Made by a program: the position numbers and the translations under genes
The notes under the pieces: model-generated
Told to the model about the DNA's origin: nothing
What the model saw: only the letters and a program-made list of their open reading frames with translations
Databases searched by the model: none
In this document: positions 31,853 to 44,398 of the stretch, one piece after another
Layout of the letters: every line of letters begins with the position of its first letter
Numbering within the stretch: position 1 is the first letter of the stretch
NCBI GenBank assembly: GCA_963768305.1
Contig: CAVYHE010000003.1
Coordinates: 224,001 to 288,000, forward strand
Length of the DNA: 64,000 nucleotides
DNA from: an uncultured bacterium
Lineage (GTDB): Bacteria > Margulisbacteria > WOR-1 > CAVSGV01
Direction: 5' to 3'

Positions 31853-32975
31853 TTATACAGATTTGAAACGTTCGAAGAGGAAATTACCTTTCATGTCCAC
31901 AGCTCCATATCGGCAAAGTTCCCTGCAGCAGAAGCACATTATGCATGAATGAGGATCAATTTTGAACGTTTCGCCGTCGATCGCCTTTGCAGGGCAGGAG
32001 TTAACGCATATCATGCACTTCACGCATTTCCGCTTATTGATGCGGGGCCGCGGCTTTATGCTTTCGATCAAAGGCTTTAAAATGTTGAGAAGGGATTTCG
32101 GGATCCCGGCGACGATTTGCCTGCTGGGTACGGGCATCTGAAAGTTTTTTAATATCTCTAAAGGCTCGCCGATGATCTCGATATTTCCAAGCTGACCTTC
32201 GCCCAAACCCATTTGGTCGGCAAGTCTGGTGGTATCGATATCAAAAGGTTCGATCCCCATCATTTTTGTTACCACAGAATCCACAGCTACCGTGTCGGCG
32301 GATGCGATCAGTTTCTTTACGTCGCGCAGTATCCCGTTCGACGGACCGTTACCTTCCATTGCGACCACCGCGTCAACAATAGTTATTGCCGGCTTGATCC
32401 TGGCGAATAGATTCAACAAGGGCTTTTGCAAAATCAGCCGGGGCAGGGCAGTTTATATGATACGATATCTTATGTAAGCCGGGAACACAGCCGAACATGT
32501 TCTTTATTCCGCAGGTGACCGTGGTTAGTTCATGGGTCTTCATCTTGGCAATGTTGATGATCAGGTCATACGAAAGAGCTTCATTGGATATATAGATCGG
32601 ATCCATTTTTCCGCCCGGATTGTCGAATTTCCTTATGCCTTTTGATTCAAAGTAAGCGATCGGGATACCGAGGTTGTCCATGCCGCATTCCCGAAGGACT
32701 TTTTTGTACATGGAGCCGATCCCGCCCGGGCTGTCCCCGAGAAAAGGGAAAGCTCCGCATTCTTTCACGATCCCGGCAACAGCTTTTACTATTGAGGGAT
32801 GCGTTGTCACGCCTTTTGAAGGGTTGAAATTCATAAGAAGGTTCGGCTTGAGGAGCACTTTTTGGCCGGGTTTTATAAGCCTTCTTAATTCCAGAAGATC
32901 AAAAAGTTCCCTGACCGATCCATCGGCGTTCGGCGCTGAATAATCCTCGCAGTCAACTATGGCGACTTTAGGCAT
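31853..32975 (-). CDS. DUF362 domain protein with C-terminal 2x[4Fe-4S] ferredoxin; frameshift near 32405
   Basis: VLLKPNLL, TTHP, KMKTH..GIKNMFG, AMEGNGP, CVKCMICVNSCP, CIMCFCCRELC. Confidence 0.85.
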
Positions 32976-33943
32976 CAGAAAAAGAAGAACTTTCTTCTTG
33001 ACGGGGAATATGAAGCTGTCAATTTCTCGATCGAATCGGCTGCCGCAACAGTTGCTTTGCCGATATTATAAAAACATTTCCGGACCCAGTACTTTCTCAA
33101 AAATTCGAACTTATTCGGGTCTGATAACGCGGATTCGATCGCTTTTTCCAGGTCATCCGGCGTCGCCAATTCGCCTATCTGGAAGATCCCGTATTTATCC
33201 GCAGGTTCATCCCATAAGCCGTACATCCGTTTGTCGCCGAACATGTCTATTTGCACCATCGGTTTGTTCAGCAGGGCGAATTCCGCCATTATCGATGAAA
33301 TATCGCCGATCAACAGGTCCGCAGCCAATAGAAACCGGTTATAATTCGGCGCCTTGATGAAACGCTCTTTCACGCCTTCATTATATGTCTTATCGTACTC
33401 ATGGATGCAAACAAGCAGGTTTTTAAGCCCTAAAGACATGACTTTTGGCAGAATGTCTATTGTCCCTCTCCTGAAAGCGCCTTTATCATCCCAGGTGGGA
33501 GCATATACGATGACAGGTTCGGCAGGATCAAGCGCAAATTCTCTGATGATCTCGGCGCGCGTGCTGTTGCCATGGATAAGCTCGTCGCTTTTGGGAAAGC
33601 CGATCTCCACGCTTCCCTGATAATCGGGGAAAAGGTAATTCATTCTTTCTATGCGGATAGGACCGGTCATAAAAATATGATCGGCATTTAAAAGTTCATT
33701 AAAAAATACGTTTTTGGCCACGCCCGCGCCATGCGGAAGCAGAAAAACAGGCCGTTTAAGGTGTTTTAATCTGGCGGGTTCAAGGTACCTTACGCTTGAA
33801 ATTATGGTCGCGTCGACTTCATCCTGAGGGAAAAAGCCCAAGTGGCGCTCGATCACCGAATGGCCCCGCTTTTCCAACTCCTCTTTGACCGACAAAAGCG
33901 ACGCTTTTTGATACGAACGCCCGGCCCTGAAATGAAATCTCAT
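32975..33943 (-). CDS. CDP-glycerol glycerophosphotransferase (TagF-like) family GT-B protein
   Basis: HG, GFPKSD, VYAPTW, ADLLIGDISSIMAEFALLNKP. Confidence 0.75.
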   Translation of the reverse strand: MRFHFRAGRSYQKASLLSVKEELEKRGHSVIERHLGFFPQDEVDATIISSVRYLEPARLKHLKRPVFLLPHGAGVAKNVFFNELLNADHIFMTGPIRIERMNYLFPDYQGSVEIGFPKSDELIHGNSTRAEIIREFALDPAEPVIVYAPTWDDKGAFRRGTIDILPKVMSLGLKNLLVCIHEYDKTYNEGVKERFIKAPNYNRFLLAADLLIGDISSIMAEFALLNKPMVQIDMFGDKRMYGLWDEPADKYGIFQIGELATPDDLEKAIESALSDPNKFEFLRKYWVRKCFYNIGKATVAAADSIEKLTASYSPSRRKFFFF

Positions 33944-34680
33944 AATTTGATCATCAGGCCGTCGGATGCGGCAGCGGAATTTTTGAACACTTTCCTCGCT
34001 TCTGTCTGCGCCTTCTTTTTATCCTTGGTTGACAGATATTGGGCCGCGTCAAAATGGGTCATTATCAGCTTTTTTGCTCCGGCTTCCTTTGCGAGCTTTG
34101 CGGCAAGGGTCGGGTTCATATGCGGCCAGCTTGGAGTGGTTATTCCGGGGGCAAGCGCGCATTCGGATATCAGGAGGTCCGCGTCTTTTGAAAGCTCGAT
34201 TGCCGCATCGCAGTAGCCCGTATCGGTGCAATAGCTGACGGTTTTCCCCTCCAGCTCAAACCGGTACCCAAAACATCTGGAAGCATGTTGAAGCTCAAGA
34301 CATCTGAATTTGACCGGCGTATCATGCCATCCCGTCTCGATGTCATGCAGTTTGCAGGGGAAGGGGAGCTTATGTATCGGAATAGAGAACTTTTTGCCCA
34401 AAAAATCCGCAATGGTCTTTTTTGTTCCCGGCTGCCCGTAAATATCAAGTCTCTTGAAATCGAACTTGGCCAGGACATGCAGGCCTTCGATATGGTCCAG
34501 GTGAAAATGGCTCAAGAACAGAAAGACCGGTTTGTCTTTTTTTATGAACCTGTCGGCCTTATAGATGCCGTTGCCCGCATCAAGTATGATGTACCTCTCC
34601 CGTGTCTCTATGAGCGTGCATATAGTATTGCCTGTCACGGAATCGTACCATCCGTTCGTTCCCAGAAAAACGATCTTCAT
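33940..34680 (-). CDS. MBL-fold metallo-hydrolase (RNase Z-like)
   Basis: FLGT, SHFHLDH, YCTDTG, HMNP, THF. Confidence 0.85.
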   Translation of the reverse strand: MKIVFLGTNGWYDSVTGNTICTLIETRERYIILDAGNGIYKADRFIKKDKPVFLFLSHFHLDHIEGLHVLAKFDFKRLDIYGQPGTKKTIADFLGKKFSIPIHKLPFPCKLHDIETGWHDTPVKFRCLELQHASRCFGYRFELEGKTVSYCTDTGYCDAAIELSKDADLLISECALAPGITTPSWPHMNPTLAAKLAKEAGAKKLIMTHFDAAQYLSTKDKKKAQTEARKVFKNSAAASDGLMIKL

Positions 34681-34695
34681 AGATAAAGATGCTCC

Positions 34696-35745
34696 TTAAT
34701 ATCCCAGTTGTTTGATGACGGCGGAAACTTTGCAGGGGATTTCGATCGGTTTGGCTCCCTGCTTGACGGCGCAATCCGGATCCTTAAGTCCGTGTCCGGT
34801 AAGGACGCAAACGACCACGGAGCCGTCGGGAATAACGCGTTTTTTTGCGAGCTTCATCATTCCGGCAAGGGATGCTGCCGAAGCCGGCTCGCAGAAAACC
34901 CCTTCCAGCTTCGCGACCAGCCTGTATGCTTCCAGTATTTCATCATCGGTAACTATCGATATGGATCCCGCCGATTCTTCCGCCGCGGAAACGGCGCTTT
35001 TCCAGCTTGCCGGATTTCCTATCCTGATGGCTGTCGCCACAGTTTCCGGATTTTCGATAGCATGGCCTCTCACTATCGGCGCGGCTCCTTCAGCCTGAAA
35101 ACCCACCATCTTTGGCAGGCTGGAAATTATCTTCTTCTCGTAATATTCCTTGAAACCTTTCCAATAAGCCGTGATGTTGCCCGCGTTACCGACGGGGATC
35201 GCCAGGAAATCAGGGACAGATTCAAGCTGATCGCAAACTTCGAAAGCCGCTGTTTTCTGGCCTTCTATCCTGAATGGATTGATGGAATTGACTATCTCGA
35301 TCGGATATTTTTCACCCAGCTCTCTGACAAGCGTCAGCGCCTGGTCGAAGTTGCCGTCAACAGCAAAGACCTTCGCCCCGTGCATCATCGCCTGGGCGAG
35401 CTTTCCGAGCGCGATCTTCCCGTTGGGGATAATGACAACGCAGTCGATTCCGGCCCTTCCGGCGTAAGCCGCCGCTGATGCTGAAGTGTTGCCCGTGGAG
35501 GCACAGATGACGGCTTTAAATTTCGATTCAAGCGCCTTGCTTATGGCGACAGTCATGCCCCTGTCCTTGAACGAACCGGTGGGGTTCATGCCTTCATACT
35601 TGAGATAAACTTTGCATTTGGTCAGTTTGCTGAGTTTTTCGGCGTAAATAAGCGGCGTGTTGCCTTCGTTAAGCGTGACAACGGGGGTTTTGTCCGTTAC
35701 GGGCAGATAGTCAAGATATTTGTTTATTAAGCCTTTCCATCTCAT
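34696..35745 (-). CDS. thrC: Threonine synthase
   Basis: [34 protein letters not shown]. Confidence 0.95.
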   Translation of the reverse strand: MRWKGLINKYLDYLPVTDKTPVVTLNEGNTPLIYAEKLSKLTKCKVYLKYEGMNPTGSFKDRGMTVAISKALESKFKAVICASTGNTSASAAAYAGRAGIDCVVIIPNGKIALGKLAQAMMHGAKVFAVDGNFDQALTLVRELGEKYPIEIVNSINPFRIEGQKTAAFEVCDQLESVPDFLAIPVGNAGNITAYWKGFKEYYEKKIISSLPKMVGFQAEGAAPIVRGHAIENPETVATAIRIGNPASWKSAVSAAEESAGSISIVTDDEILEAYRLVAKLEGVFCEPASAASLAGMMKLAKKRVIPDGSVVVCVLTGHGLKDPDCAVKQGAKPIEIPCKVSAVIKQLGY

Positions 35746-35752
35746 TTTTGGT

Positions 35753-35781
35753 ATTTTACCACCAATAAATTTCAGTGACAA
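35753..35781 (-). promoter_or_regulatory. sigma70 promoter of thrC (probably leaderless)
   Basis: TTGTCA-17 nt-TAAAAT with TGn extension, 7 nt before ATG. Confidence 0.7.
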
Positions 35782-35835
35782 GGACAGGTTAAAGAACATG
35801 TTTTGCAAGAAATTTCACTTTTTCTTCATCTTTTT

Positions 35836-35844
35836 TGATATAAT
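35836..35844 (+). promoter_or_regulatory. Extended -10 promoter of hisS-aspS (probably leaderless)
   Basis: TGaTATAAT 6 nt before ATG 35851; no SD. Confidence 0.65.
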
Positions 35845-35850
35845 CTCCGT

Positions 35851-37105
35851 ATGAAATACACCAGCCAGAGAGGAACGCGGGATATCCTGCCGGAAGAGAT
35901 AAGGACATGGCAATTTCTGGAGGAAAAAGCCCGCTCTGTTTTTGAGAGCTACAATTACCTCCGAGATAAGGACCCCGATATTCGAGCAGACGGAACTGTT
36001 CGCGCGCGGGATAGGCGAAAGCACGGATATCGTCGGCAAGGAAATGTACACTTTCACCGACAAGGGCGAAAGATCGATCACGCTTCGGCCTGAAGAAACA
36101 GCGCCGGTTGTCAGAGCTGCGATCGAAAATAATCTGATCAAACAGGGCGAGATCGTCAAACTTTACTATGTCGGCCCGATGTTCAGATATGAAAGGCCGC
36201 AGGCGGGACGGTCCAGGCAATTTCATCAGGCGGGAGTGGAAGTCCTTGGATCAGCTGATCCGCTTGATCGATGTTGAAGTGATCGAGCTCGGGTTACGAT
36301 ATTTTAGCGAGATCGGATTGAAAGGACTTGAAGTTGATATCAACAGCGTCGGCTGCCTGAAACTGCATGCCGAAGTTCAAGGAAGAATTGAAAAAATATT
36401 TCAAGAACAAATCGGCGGAGATCTGCGAGACCTGCCGCGGCCGCCTTGAAAAAAATCCTCTCAGGATACTGGACTGCAAAGAACCTGGATGCCAGAAAGC
36501 CATCGAGGGAGCGCCGTCTTCCGCCGATCATCTCTGCGAAGAATGCAAAACTCATTTTGATAAAGTTAAAACTTATCTGAACCAATATGGGATCAAATAC
36601 AAACTGAACAAACGGCTTGTAAGAGGACTGGATTATTATACAAAAACGACTTTCGAGATAATTTCAAGGTCGCTCGGAGCGCAGAACGCTGTTTGCGGCG
36701 GAGGACGGTATGACGGACTGGTTGAGGAGCTGGGCGGAAAATCAACTCCGGCTATCGGGTTCGCCATAGGGCTTGATCGATTGGTCCTGTTATTGAAAGA
36801 ACAAAAGATCGATGTTCCTCAGGCAGAAAGACTGCAGGTATATGTAGTGACATTGGGCGACGCGGCCAGGCAAAAAGGATATGAAGTTTTGAGGTCGCTC
36901 CGCAACATGGGAATAAGTTCGGACATGGATTATATGGGCAAAAGCCTCAATTCCCAGCTGAAATCCGCGGACAGGCTCAAGGCCCGGTTCGCAATAATCA
37001 TCGGCGATGACGAGTTGAAGAACAATATCGCCATAATCAGATCGATGGACAATAAGACCCAGGAGCAGGCAAAGTTCGAAGAAATCATTAGAGAAGGTCA
37101 AATAA
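35851..37105 (+). CDS. hisS: Histidine--tRNA ligase (several apparent indels)
   Basis: [45 protein letters not shown] across frames. Confidence 0.93.
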
Positions 37106-38904
37106 TGAAACGCACTAATAATTGCGGGGAATTAAGGAAAAAAGACATCAATAAAGAGGTCTTTCCTGGCCGGCTGGGTCCACAAAAGGCGCGATCACGG
37201 CGGGTTGATATTCATCGATCTGCGCGACAGGTCCGGGATATGCCAGGTGACGATTAATATTGCCGACAAAGAACTGCATAAAACCGGCGAACAGCTGAGG
37301 TGCAGAATTCGTCACCTTCATAAAAGGCAAGGTGGTCGGGCGTTCCGAAGGAACCGTTAACACAAAACTTGCCGACCGGAGAAATTGAGGTCATCGCTTC
37401 ACATGTCGAGATATTGAACAAGTCAAAGACTCCGCCGTTCGAAATTTCAAGCTCGGAACAGGAAGTGGACGAGAATGTCAGGATGAAATACCGCTATATC
37501 GACCTGAGAAAAGAGGGGATGAGGGAAAATCTCATATTCCGCCACAAAGTTATCAAGGCCGCCAGGGATTATCTGGACAAGGAAGGCTTCCTGGAGATCG
37601 AAACCCCGTTCTTGACCAAATCAACTCCCGAAGGAGCGAGGGATTATCTGGTCCCATCCCGGCTTAGTCCGGGCAAATTTTACGCGCTCCCGCAGTCGCC
37701 GCAGCTGTTCAAGCAAATTTTGATGGTCGCGGGAATGGAAAAATATTTTCAGATCGTCAGGTGCTTCCGCGACGAGGACCTGCGCGCCGACAGGCAGCCG
37801 GAATTCACGCAAATAGACCTTGAGATGAGCTTTGTTGAGCGCGATGATGTCCTTGATGTCATCGAGAAAATGATGGCCTATGTAATGAAACAAATAAAAG
37901 AGGATGAGGAAAAATTTTACATCCACAAGAGAATACCCGAGTTCCATCTGCCGATCCCGAGGATAACATGGGATGAAGCAATGAGCAGGTTCGGCACCGA
38001 TAAACCGGACATGAGGTTCGGCCTGGAGCTCGTGGACATAACCGATATTGCGAAGGGGACCGAATTTAAAGTTTTTGCCGAGACCGCAAAATCAGGCGGG
38101 CTGGTAAAAGCGCTGAACGGGAAAGGCTGCGCGAAATTTTCAAGGAACGAATTGGATAACCTTGAAGCCGAAGCGAAAAAACTTGGCGCGAAAGGATTGG
38201 CTTATATCATTTTAGGCGATGACGGCATAAGATCGCCGATAGCGAAATTCCTGAAAAAAGAAGAGATCGATTCGATAATCGAAAGGCTGAAGGGCGAGAC
38301 AGGCGACATAATTTTCTTTGTCGCGGACAGACCGGGCATTGCAAATTCAGTTCTCGGGCAGATCCGGCTTGAACTTGGGAAAAAATTGAACCTGATCGAT
38401 AAAGCGAAATTCAGCTATGTCTGGGTCACCGATTTCCCGCTTCTTGAATATGACGATAAGGATAAGCGCTGGGTTTCGCGGCATCATCCGTTCACAGCGC
38501 CGCAGGGTAATTGGGACGACCTTGAAGAAAGATTCATGAAAGATCCCGCGTCAATTAAAGCCCAAGCTTATGATCTGGTTTTGAATGGCGTAGAGATCGG
38601 CGGCGGTTCAATAAGAATTCACAGGACGGATGTTCAGGAGAAAGTTTTTAAACTCTTGAGGCTGTCAGAAGAAGAAACAAAACTCAGGTTCGGATTCCTT
38701 TTGGAAGCGTTCGAATACGGCGCGCCGCCGCACGGAGGGATAGCTCTGGGGCTTGACAGGCTTGTGATGATGCTTGCGGGAATGGATTCTATCCGCGATG
38801 TCATCGCTTTCCCGAAGAACCAGTCAGCCATGTGCCCCATGACCGGGGCTCCCGATACCGTGGATGCCAGGCAGTGGAAGGATATTCACATAAGACCGGC
38901 CTAG
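37105..38904 (+). CDS. aspS: Aspartate--tRNA ligase, probably non-discriminating (indels in 5' part)
   Basis: [46 protein letters not shown]. Confidence 0.93.
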
Positions 38905-39927
38905 AATTTATTTATTTCGTGGATAAGCGCGGTCAATCTTCCGTAACTTTTCTTGTCAAAATTCATCGTCAGCCTGAAAAGATCCAGCTTGTCCCTTGTT
39001 TTTATCTCTTCGGTCGCGGGCTTGCAGCATTCTATCTTTCCTGAAACAAGGATGTCCCGAGAATTGCCTGTTCAGCTTGTTTATCTGTGAGTCCGTCAGC
39101 TCTTTGTTCAGCCTTAATATGGTCCTGTCCCCGACATAACGCATGGAATTGTAAACTTTATAGAAAGTCACGACTTCATTGACAGCTTCCTTCACCGAAT
39201 GGACGACTTTGAACAGGTTAAGATCGTTCTTGTACAGCAGATCATTTTTCATCATGCCGTTCTCAAGGAACCTGAGCCAGCTTCTCCAGTATGTGCCGAA
39301 AAGCGTGTCCACGAAGATAAGCGGCCGCGGATTGCTCTTCCCCGTCTGAAGGAGGGTCAATATTTCAAAGGCCTCGTCGTGAGTGCCGAACCCTCCCGGA
39401 AAAAGGACGGTCGCGTCGGATTCCTTGATGAACACGAGTTTCCGGGTGAAGAAATATTTCAGGGTAATGAGTTTCTCGCCCCTGACATACGCGTTCGGCA
39501 GCTGCTCGGTCGGAAGCTTGATATTCACTGCGAAATTCTTTCCGGGTCCGGCGCCCTTGTTCCCGGCCTCCATTATTCCGCCGCCTCCGCCGGTTATTAT
39601 CATCCAGCCTTTCGAGGATAATTGAGCCGCGAATTCCTCCGCCATTTTATAAGCGGGGGACTTCGCGCTTATCTTGTGCGAGCCGAATATGACCGCCCTC
39701 CTGATATTCCGGTAGGGAGCGAATATCTTGAAAGCGTATCTCAGCTCTTTAAGCGTGGAATTTATCAGCTTCAAGTCGGCTACGTCGCTCAGGTCGTTAG
39801 ATAACTTTCCGATTGTCGTGAACATCTGGCGGTATATCTCGTATGTTTCCTCATTGCCGTACCTTTTCGCCAGCACTTCGATGAGCCTGTCGTCGTTGTA
39901 ATTGCCGAGGCAGTATCTCTTTTCCAT
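38901..39927 (-). CDS. LOG family protein (TIGR00730); frameshift near 39058
   Basis: [27 protein letters not shown]. Confidence 0.85.
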
Positions 39928-39951
39928 GGCGGATATATTATATCAAACCCG

Positions 39952-39980
39952 TTGCATTTGAAAGTGAATAATCATATAAT
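39952..39980 (+). promoter_or_regulatory. sigma70 promoter of 6S RNA
   Basis: TTGCAT-17 nt-TATAAT. Confidence 0.75.
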
Positions 39981-39985
39981 TATTC

Positions 39986-40134
39986 AGCCTGCCGTACTCG
40001 GGGTTTGCCAAATTGTCTTGAACCAAATTTTATGAATTGGGAGTCTGATGCAAAGGCGACAGTTTCGCCCAAGAAAGACACCCACTTTGGATCTAAGGAT
40101 TCAAAGACACACATGGCCAACGGTACGGCGGGTT
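39986..40134 (+). ncRNA. ssrS: 6S RNA
   Basis: Closing stem CCTGCCGTAC/GTACGGCGGG; 6S blocks GTCTTGAACC, TTGGGAG, GACACCCAC, GGATTCAAAGAC, AACGG; promoter upstream, U-tract after. Confidence 0.85.
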
Positions 40135-40143
40135 TTTTAATGA

Positions 40144-41434
<1,291 letters not shown>

Positions 41435-41435
41435 C

Positions 41436-42077
41436 ATGGCCAATCGCAAAAGCATCGTTCTTCTATCCGGCGGGCTGGATTCAACCACTACATTATATTA
41501 TGCAAGATCAAAGGGCTATTCTTGCTACGCCCTGATATTTGATTACGGCCAGAGGCACAAAAAAGAGGTTAGGGTCGCCGTCAGGATCGCCAAAACAGCG
41601 AATGTCCCTTATCGAATTGTTAAGATCGACCTTCCGTGGAAAGGTTCTGCTCTCCTTGATGAAAAGGTCAAACTGCCGGCCGATCGGTCGATCAAAAATA
41701 TGTCAAAAGGAATTCCTTCGACTTACGTTCCTGGCAGGAATACGATATTTCTCAGCTTTGCGCTGTCATATGCGGAAGCGATCGGAGCAAAAACTATATT
41801 CATCGGTGCGAACGCGATCGACTTCAGCGGTTACCCTGATTGCCGGCCGAAATATTACAAAGCGTTCAGGAAAATGATAAAAGCAGGAGCCAGAGATTCA
41901 TCGATAAAGATACTAACTCCCTTGATAAAAATGACAAAATCGCAGATAATCAAACTCGGAATGAAGCTTGGCGCGCCGCTGAATAAGACTTGGTCATGCT
42001 ATAAAGGCGGCAAAATCCCATGCGGAGTATGCGACAGCTGTTTGATACGGAAGAGAGGATTTGAAGAACTAAAGTGA
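41436..42077 (+). CDS. queC: 7-cyano-7-deazaguanine synthase
   Basis: SGGLDS, YGQRH, TYVPGRN, YPDCR, TWSCY..CGVCDSC. Confidence 0.93.
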   Translation: MANRKSIVLLSGGLDSTTTLYYARSKGYSCYALIFDYGQRHKKEVRVAVRIAKTANVPYRIVKIDLPWKGSALLDEKVKLPADRSIKNMSKGIPSTYVPGRNTIFLSFALSYAEAIGAKTIFIGANAIDFSGYPDCRPKYYKAFRKMIKAGARDSSIKILTPLIKMTKSQIIKLGMKLGAPLNKTWSCYKGGKIPCGVCDSCLIRKRGFEELK

Positions 42078-42892
42078 ACGCATTAATATTGATCTGCATA
42101 TTTACCGGCCTCATTCATTTCACGGAGACGATAGCGTCGTCGATGAGGCTGGCGGGCGTGCGTACAAAAAACATAGCGACATCGCTTACTTTTGTGAACG
42201 CAACCCTCCTCATCTCAAGAATGTCGAATATGCTCCAGGCACCGATATTGGGCAGCATAGTTGATACGGCAATATTGAAACATGACACGGGAATGCTTTT
42301 GCATGAATTCCGCATCATTGTTTTCGCGGCATTCATCGGCAATCTTATCGGCGCGATGATGGTCCCGTTCTTCGTTTCAATTTTCACTGCGGCAATGCTG
42401 GAGTTTGAAAGGGTGGGATCCCTGCCGAGAGTGATGATATCAGCTTTTCATCCGAGGAATATGCTGGCAATGTCAAAGAAGTTCCGTCTGCCGTCGCGCA
42501 AGACATTAAAAGGCATTTCGATCCATGGAATGCCGCAGACATTTCTTTATCTTAATATCCTTATGGTTTCGATATACGCTATCGGCGTGCTTTCTTCACT
42601 CTATGCCGGCGCGAGGGTCCCCGAATACAGGATCACGGCAACCCAGCTGTCGGGAATAGTGAACGGGATAGCGACGATATTTTTGACGCTTCTGGTGGAT
42701 CCCACCTGCGCGCTGATAACCGATCAGGCGATAAAAGGCAAAAGGGACGAGAAAGACGTAAGGACCATGGTCTTCTACATCATCGCAGGCCGAGTTGTAG
42801 GCACATTGATGATATCCCAGCTGATATTCCTGCCGGCCTCGGATTATATAATGAACGTGACTTTGTTCATGAAACATATGTTCGGACAATAG
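42074..42892 (+). CDS. amj: Lipid II flippase Amj (DUF2837)
   Basis: IHFTET..RLAGVRT, SRMSNMLQAP, LSGIVNGIATI..VDP. Confidence 0.75.
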   Translation: MNALILICIFTGLIHFTETIASSMRLAGVRTKNIATSLTFVNATLLISRMSNMLQAPILGSIVDTAILKHDTGMLLHEFRIIVFAAFIGNLIGAMMVPFFVSIFTAAMLEFERVGSLPRVMISAFHPRNMLAMSKKFRLPSRKTLKGISIHGMPQTFLYLNILMVSIYAIGVLSSLYAGARVPEYRITATQLSGIVNGIATIFLTLLVDPTCALITDQAIKGKRDEKDVRTMVFYIIAGRVVGTLMISQLIFLPASDYIMNVTLFMKHMFGQ

Positions 42893-42905
42893 GCCCGGAT
42901 CTTAC

Positions 42906-43808
42906 ATGAAAATCATTCACTTCAGAAAATCGAACTGCCGCAATATCGTACTGGTCCTCGGCAACTTTGACGGCGTACATAAAGGACATGCAAAGCTGAT
43001 AAGCCAAGCCATAAGCTATGCCGGGAAGAACAAGCTTCCTTGTTTCGCTATGACCTTTGATCCTCACCCTCAGGAAGTGGTGAACCCGGGTCGAGGTCTG
43101 TGCTTGCTAACGACCCTGCCGGAACGCATAGAACTTATGAGGGAACTCGGCCTGGACGGCGTGATCGTGAAGGAATTTAGCAGAAAAATGAGCCGGCTTT
43201 CGCCAGAAGCGTTCGTCAAAACCTTTCTTATCGATCAGCTGAAAGTCCGGAAAATATTCGTGGGCTATGATTTTGCTTTCGGAAGGGACAGGGCGGGCGG
43301 CGTTTCTATCTTGAGGAAAATGGGGCTGGAAGTCCACGCGGTTTCTCCTTACAAGGCCCACGGCCATCTTGTAAAAAGTTCCACGATACGGTCAATGATC
43401 GCTGACGGAAATCTATATGAAGCCATAAAGCTTCTCGGGCATCCTTATTCTCTGACGGGAAAAGTGGTCAAAGGAGCTGGGAGAGGGAAGGGGCTCGGGT
43501 TCCCGACTGCCAATATTGCTGTCGCGAAAGATAAATTGATCCCGAAACACGGGGTTTATTCGGGGATGATCAAGACCGCAAAGCTCATGCGGAAAGCGGC
43601 GATTTTTATAGGTTCGCGACCGACTTTCGGCAAAGAATCGTTCGCCATAGAAGCGCATATCCTGAATTTCCGCGGCAACTTAAGAGGTAAGACGATCAGG
43701 ATCGACATTCTGAAAAGGCTTCGTGATGAGATACATTTCAGCGATGTCGAAAAGCTGAAGGAGCAGATCAGGGAAGATGTGAATTCGATCCGCAAAAATA
43801 AAGCATAA
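42906..43808 (+). CDS. ribF: Bifunctional riboflavin kinase/FAD synthetase
   Basis: GNFDGVHKGH, GYDFAFG, SSTIR, LGFPTAN, RPTF, EAHIL. Confidence 0.95.
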   Translation: MKIIHFRKSNCRNIVLVLGNFDGVHKGHAKLISQAISYAGKNKLPCFAMTFDPHPQEVVNPGRGLCLLTTLPERIELMRELGLDGVIVKEFSRKMSRLSPEAFVKTFLIDQLKVRKIFVGYDFAFGRDRAGGVSILRKMGLEVHAVSPYKAHGHLVKSSTIRSMIADGNLYEAIKLLGHPYSLTGKVVKGAGRGKGLGFPTANIAVAKDKLIPKHGVYSGMIKTAKLMRKAAIFIGSRPTFGKESFAIEAHILNFRGNLRGKTIRIDILKRLRDEIHFSDVEKLKEQIREDVNSIRKNKA

Positions 43809-43819
43809 GGGTTACTCTC

Positions 43820-44392
43820 TTACAACCATTTTACGACGGGCGGTTTTTTGGGCGGAGCGTCAGGAAACCCTCCCTTTGGATAACCAAGGAGGATCGGCCC
43901 GAAAACTTTTTCATCCTCTTTGATCTCAAAAAGATTTTTTATTTCCGGATCCTCGGTGGCAAAAGAGCCGAACATAACCCAGCAGCTCCCGAGCCCGAAC
44001 GACCTGGCCGCAAGCATCATGTTCTCGCAGACCATGGGCGTGTCATATTCCCTCATGTTCCCGCTTCCGATGACAAAAACGATGGCCGGCGCCCCGTAAT
44101 AAATGGGATCCTCCATCTGCTTCGCTATTTTCCTGCGCCTTTCCCTGAAGGACTTTGCCTTATCTCCCAGCCACTTTTCCAGTCTCGGGATGGACAAACT
44201 GACCAGCTTTTCTCTAAGCTTTTTATCCTGGACGACAACGAACCTCCAGGACTGAACATTCATCCCGCTTGGAGACGCATTCCCGGCCGCGATGATCTCA
44301 TCCAATATGTCCTTCGGGATCGGCTTATCCTGATAGCTCCTGACGGCTCTCCGGGACATGATAGTTCCCATTATTGAATTTTTCATGAACAT
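43820..44392 (-). CDS. Nitroreductase family protein
   Basis: RRAVRSY, SPSGMNVQSW, NMMLAARSFGLGSCW. Confidence 0.9.
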   Translation of the reverse strand: MFMKNSIMGTIMSRRAVRSYQDKPIPKDILDEIIAAGNASPSGMNVQSWRFVVVQDKKLREKLVSLSIPRLEKWLGDKAKSFRERRRKIAKQMEDPIYYGAPAIVFVIGSGNMREYDTPMVCENMMLAARSFGLGSCWVMFGSFATEDPEIKNLFEIKEDEKVFGPILLGYPKGGFPDAPPKKPPVVKWL

Positions 44393-44398
44393 CCCTCC

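Noticed and set aside
35746..35850. T-box or attenuator for thrC/hisS
   Set aside because: The gap is only about 105 bp and is filled by two divergent promoters abutting the start codons.
36367..37257. Apparent hisS-aspS fusion ORF
   Set aside because: One indel near 37090 restores a hisS stop overlapping the aspS ATG (TAATG).
41436..42077. queC as part of a Dpd/QatABCD defence system or under a preQ1 riboswitch
   Set aside because: It is a canonical-length QueC in a housekeeping operon, 1 nt after purA, with no partner defence genes.
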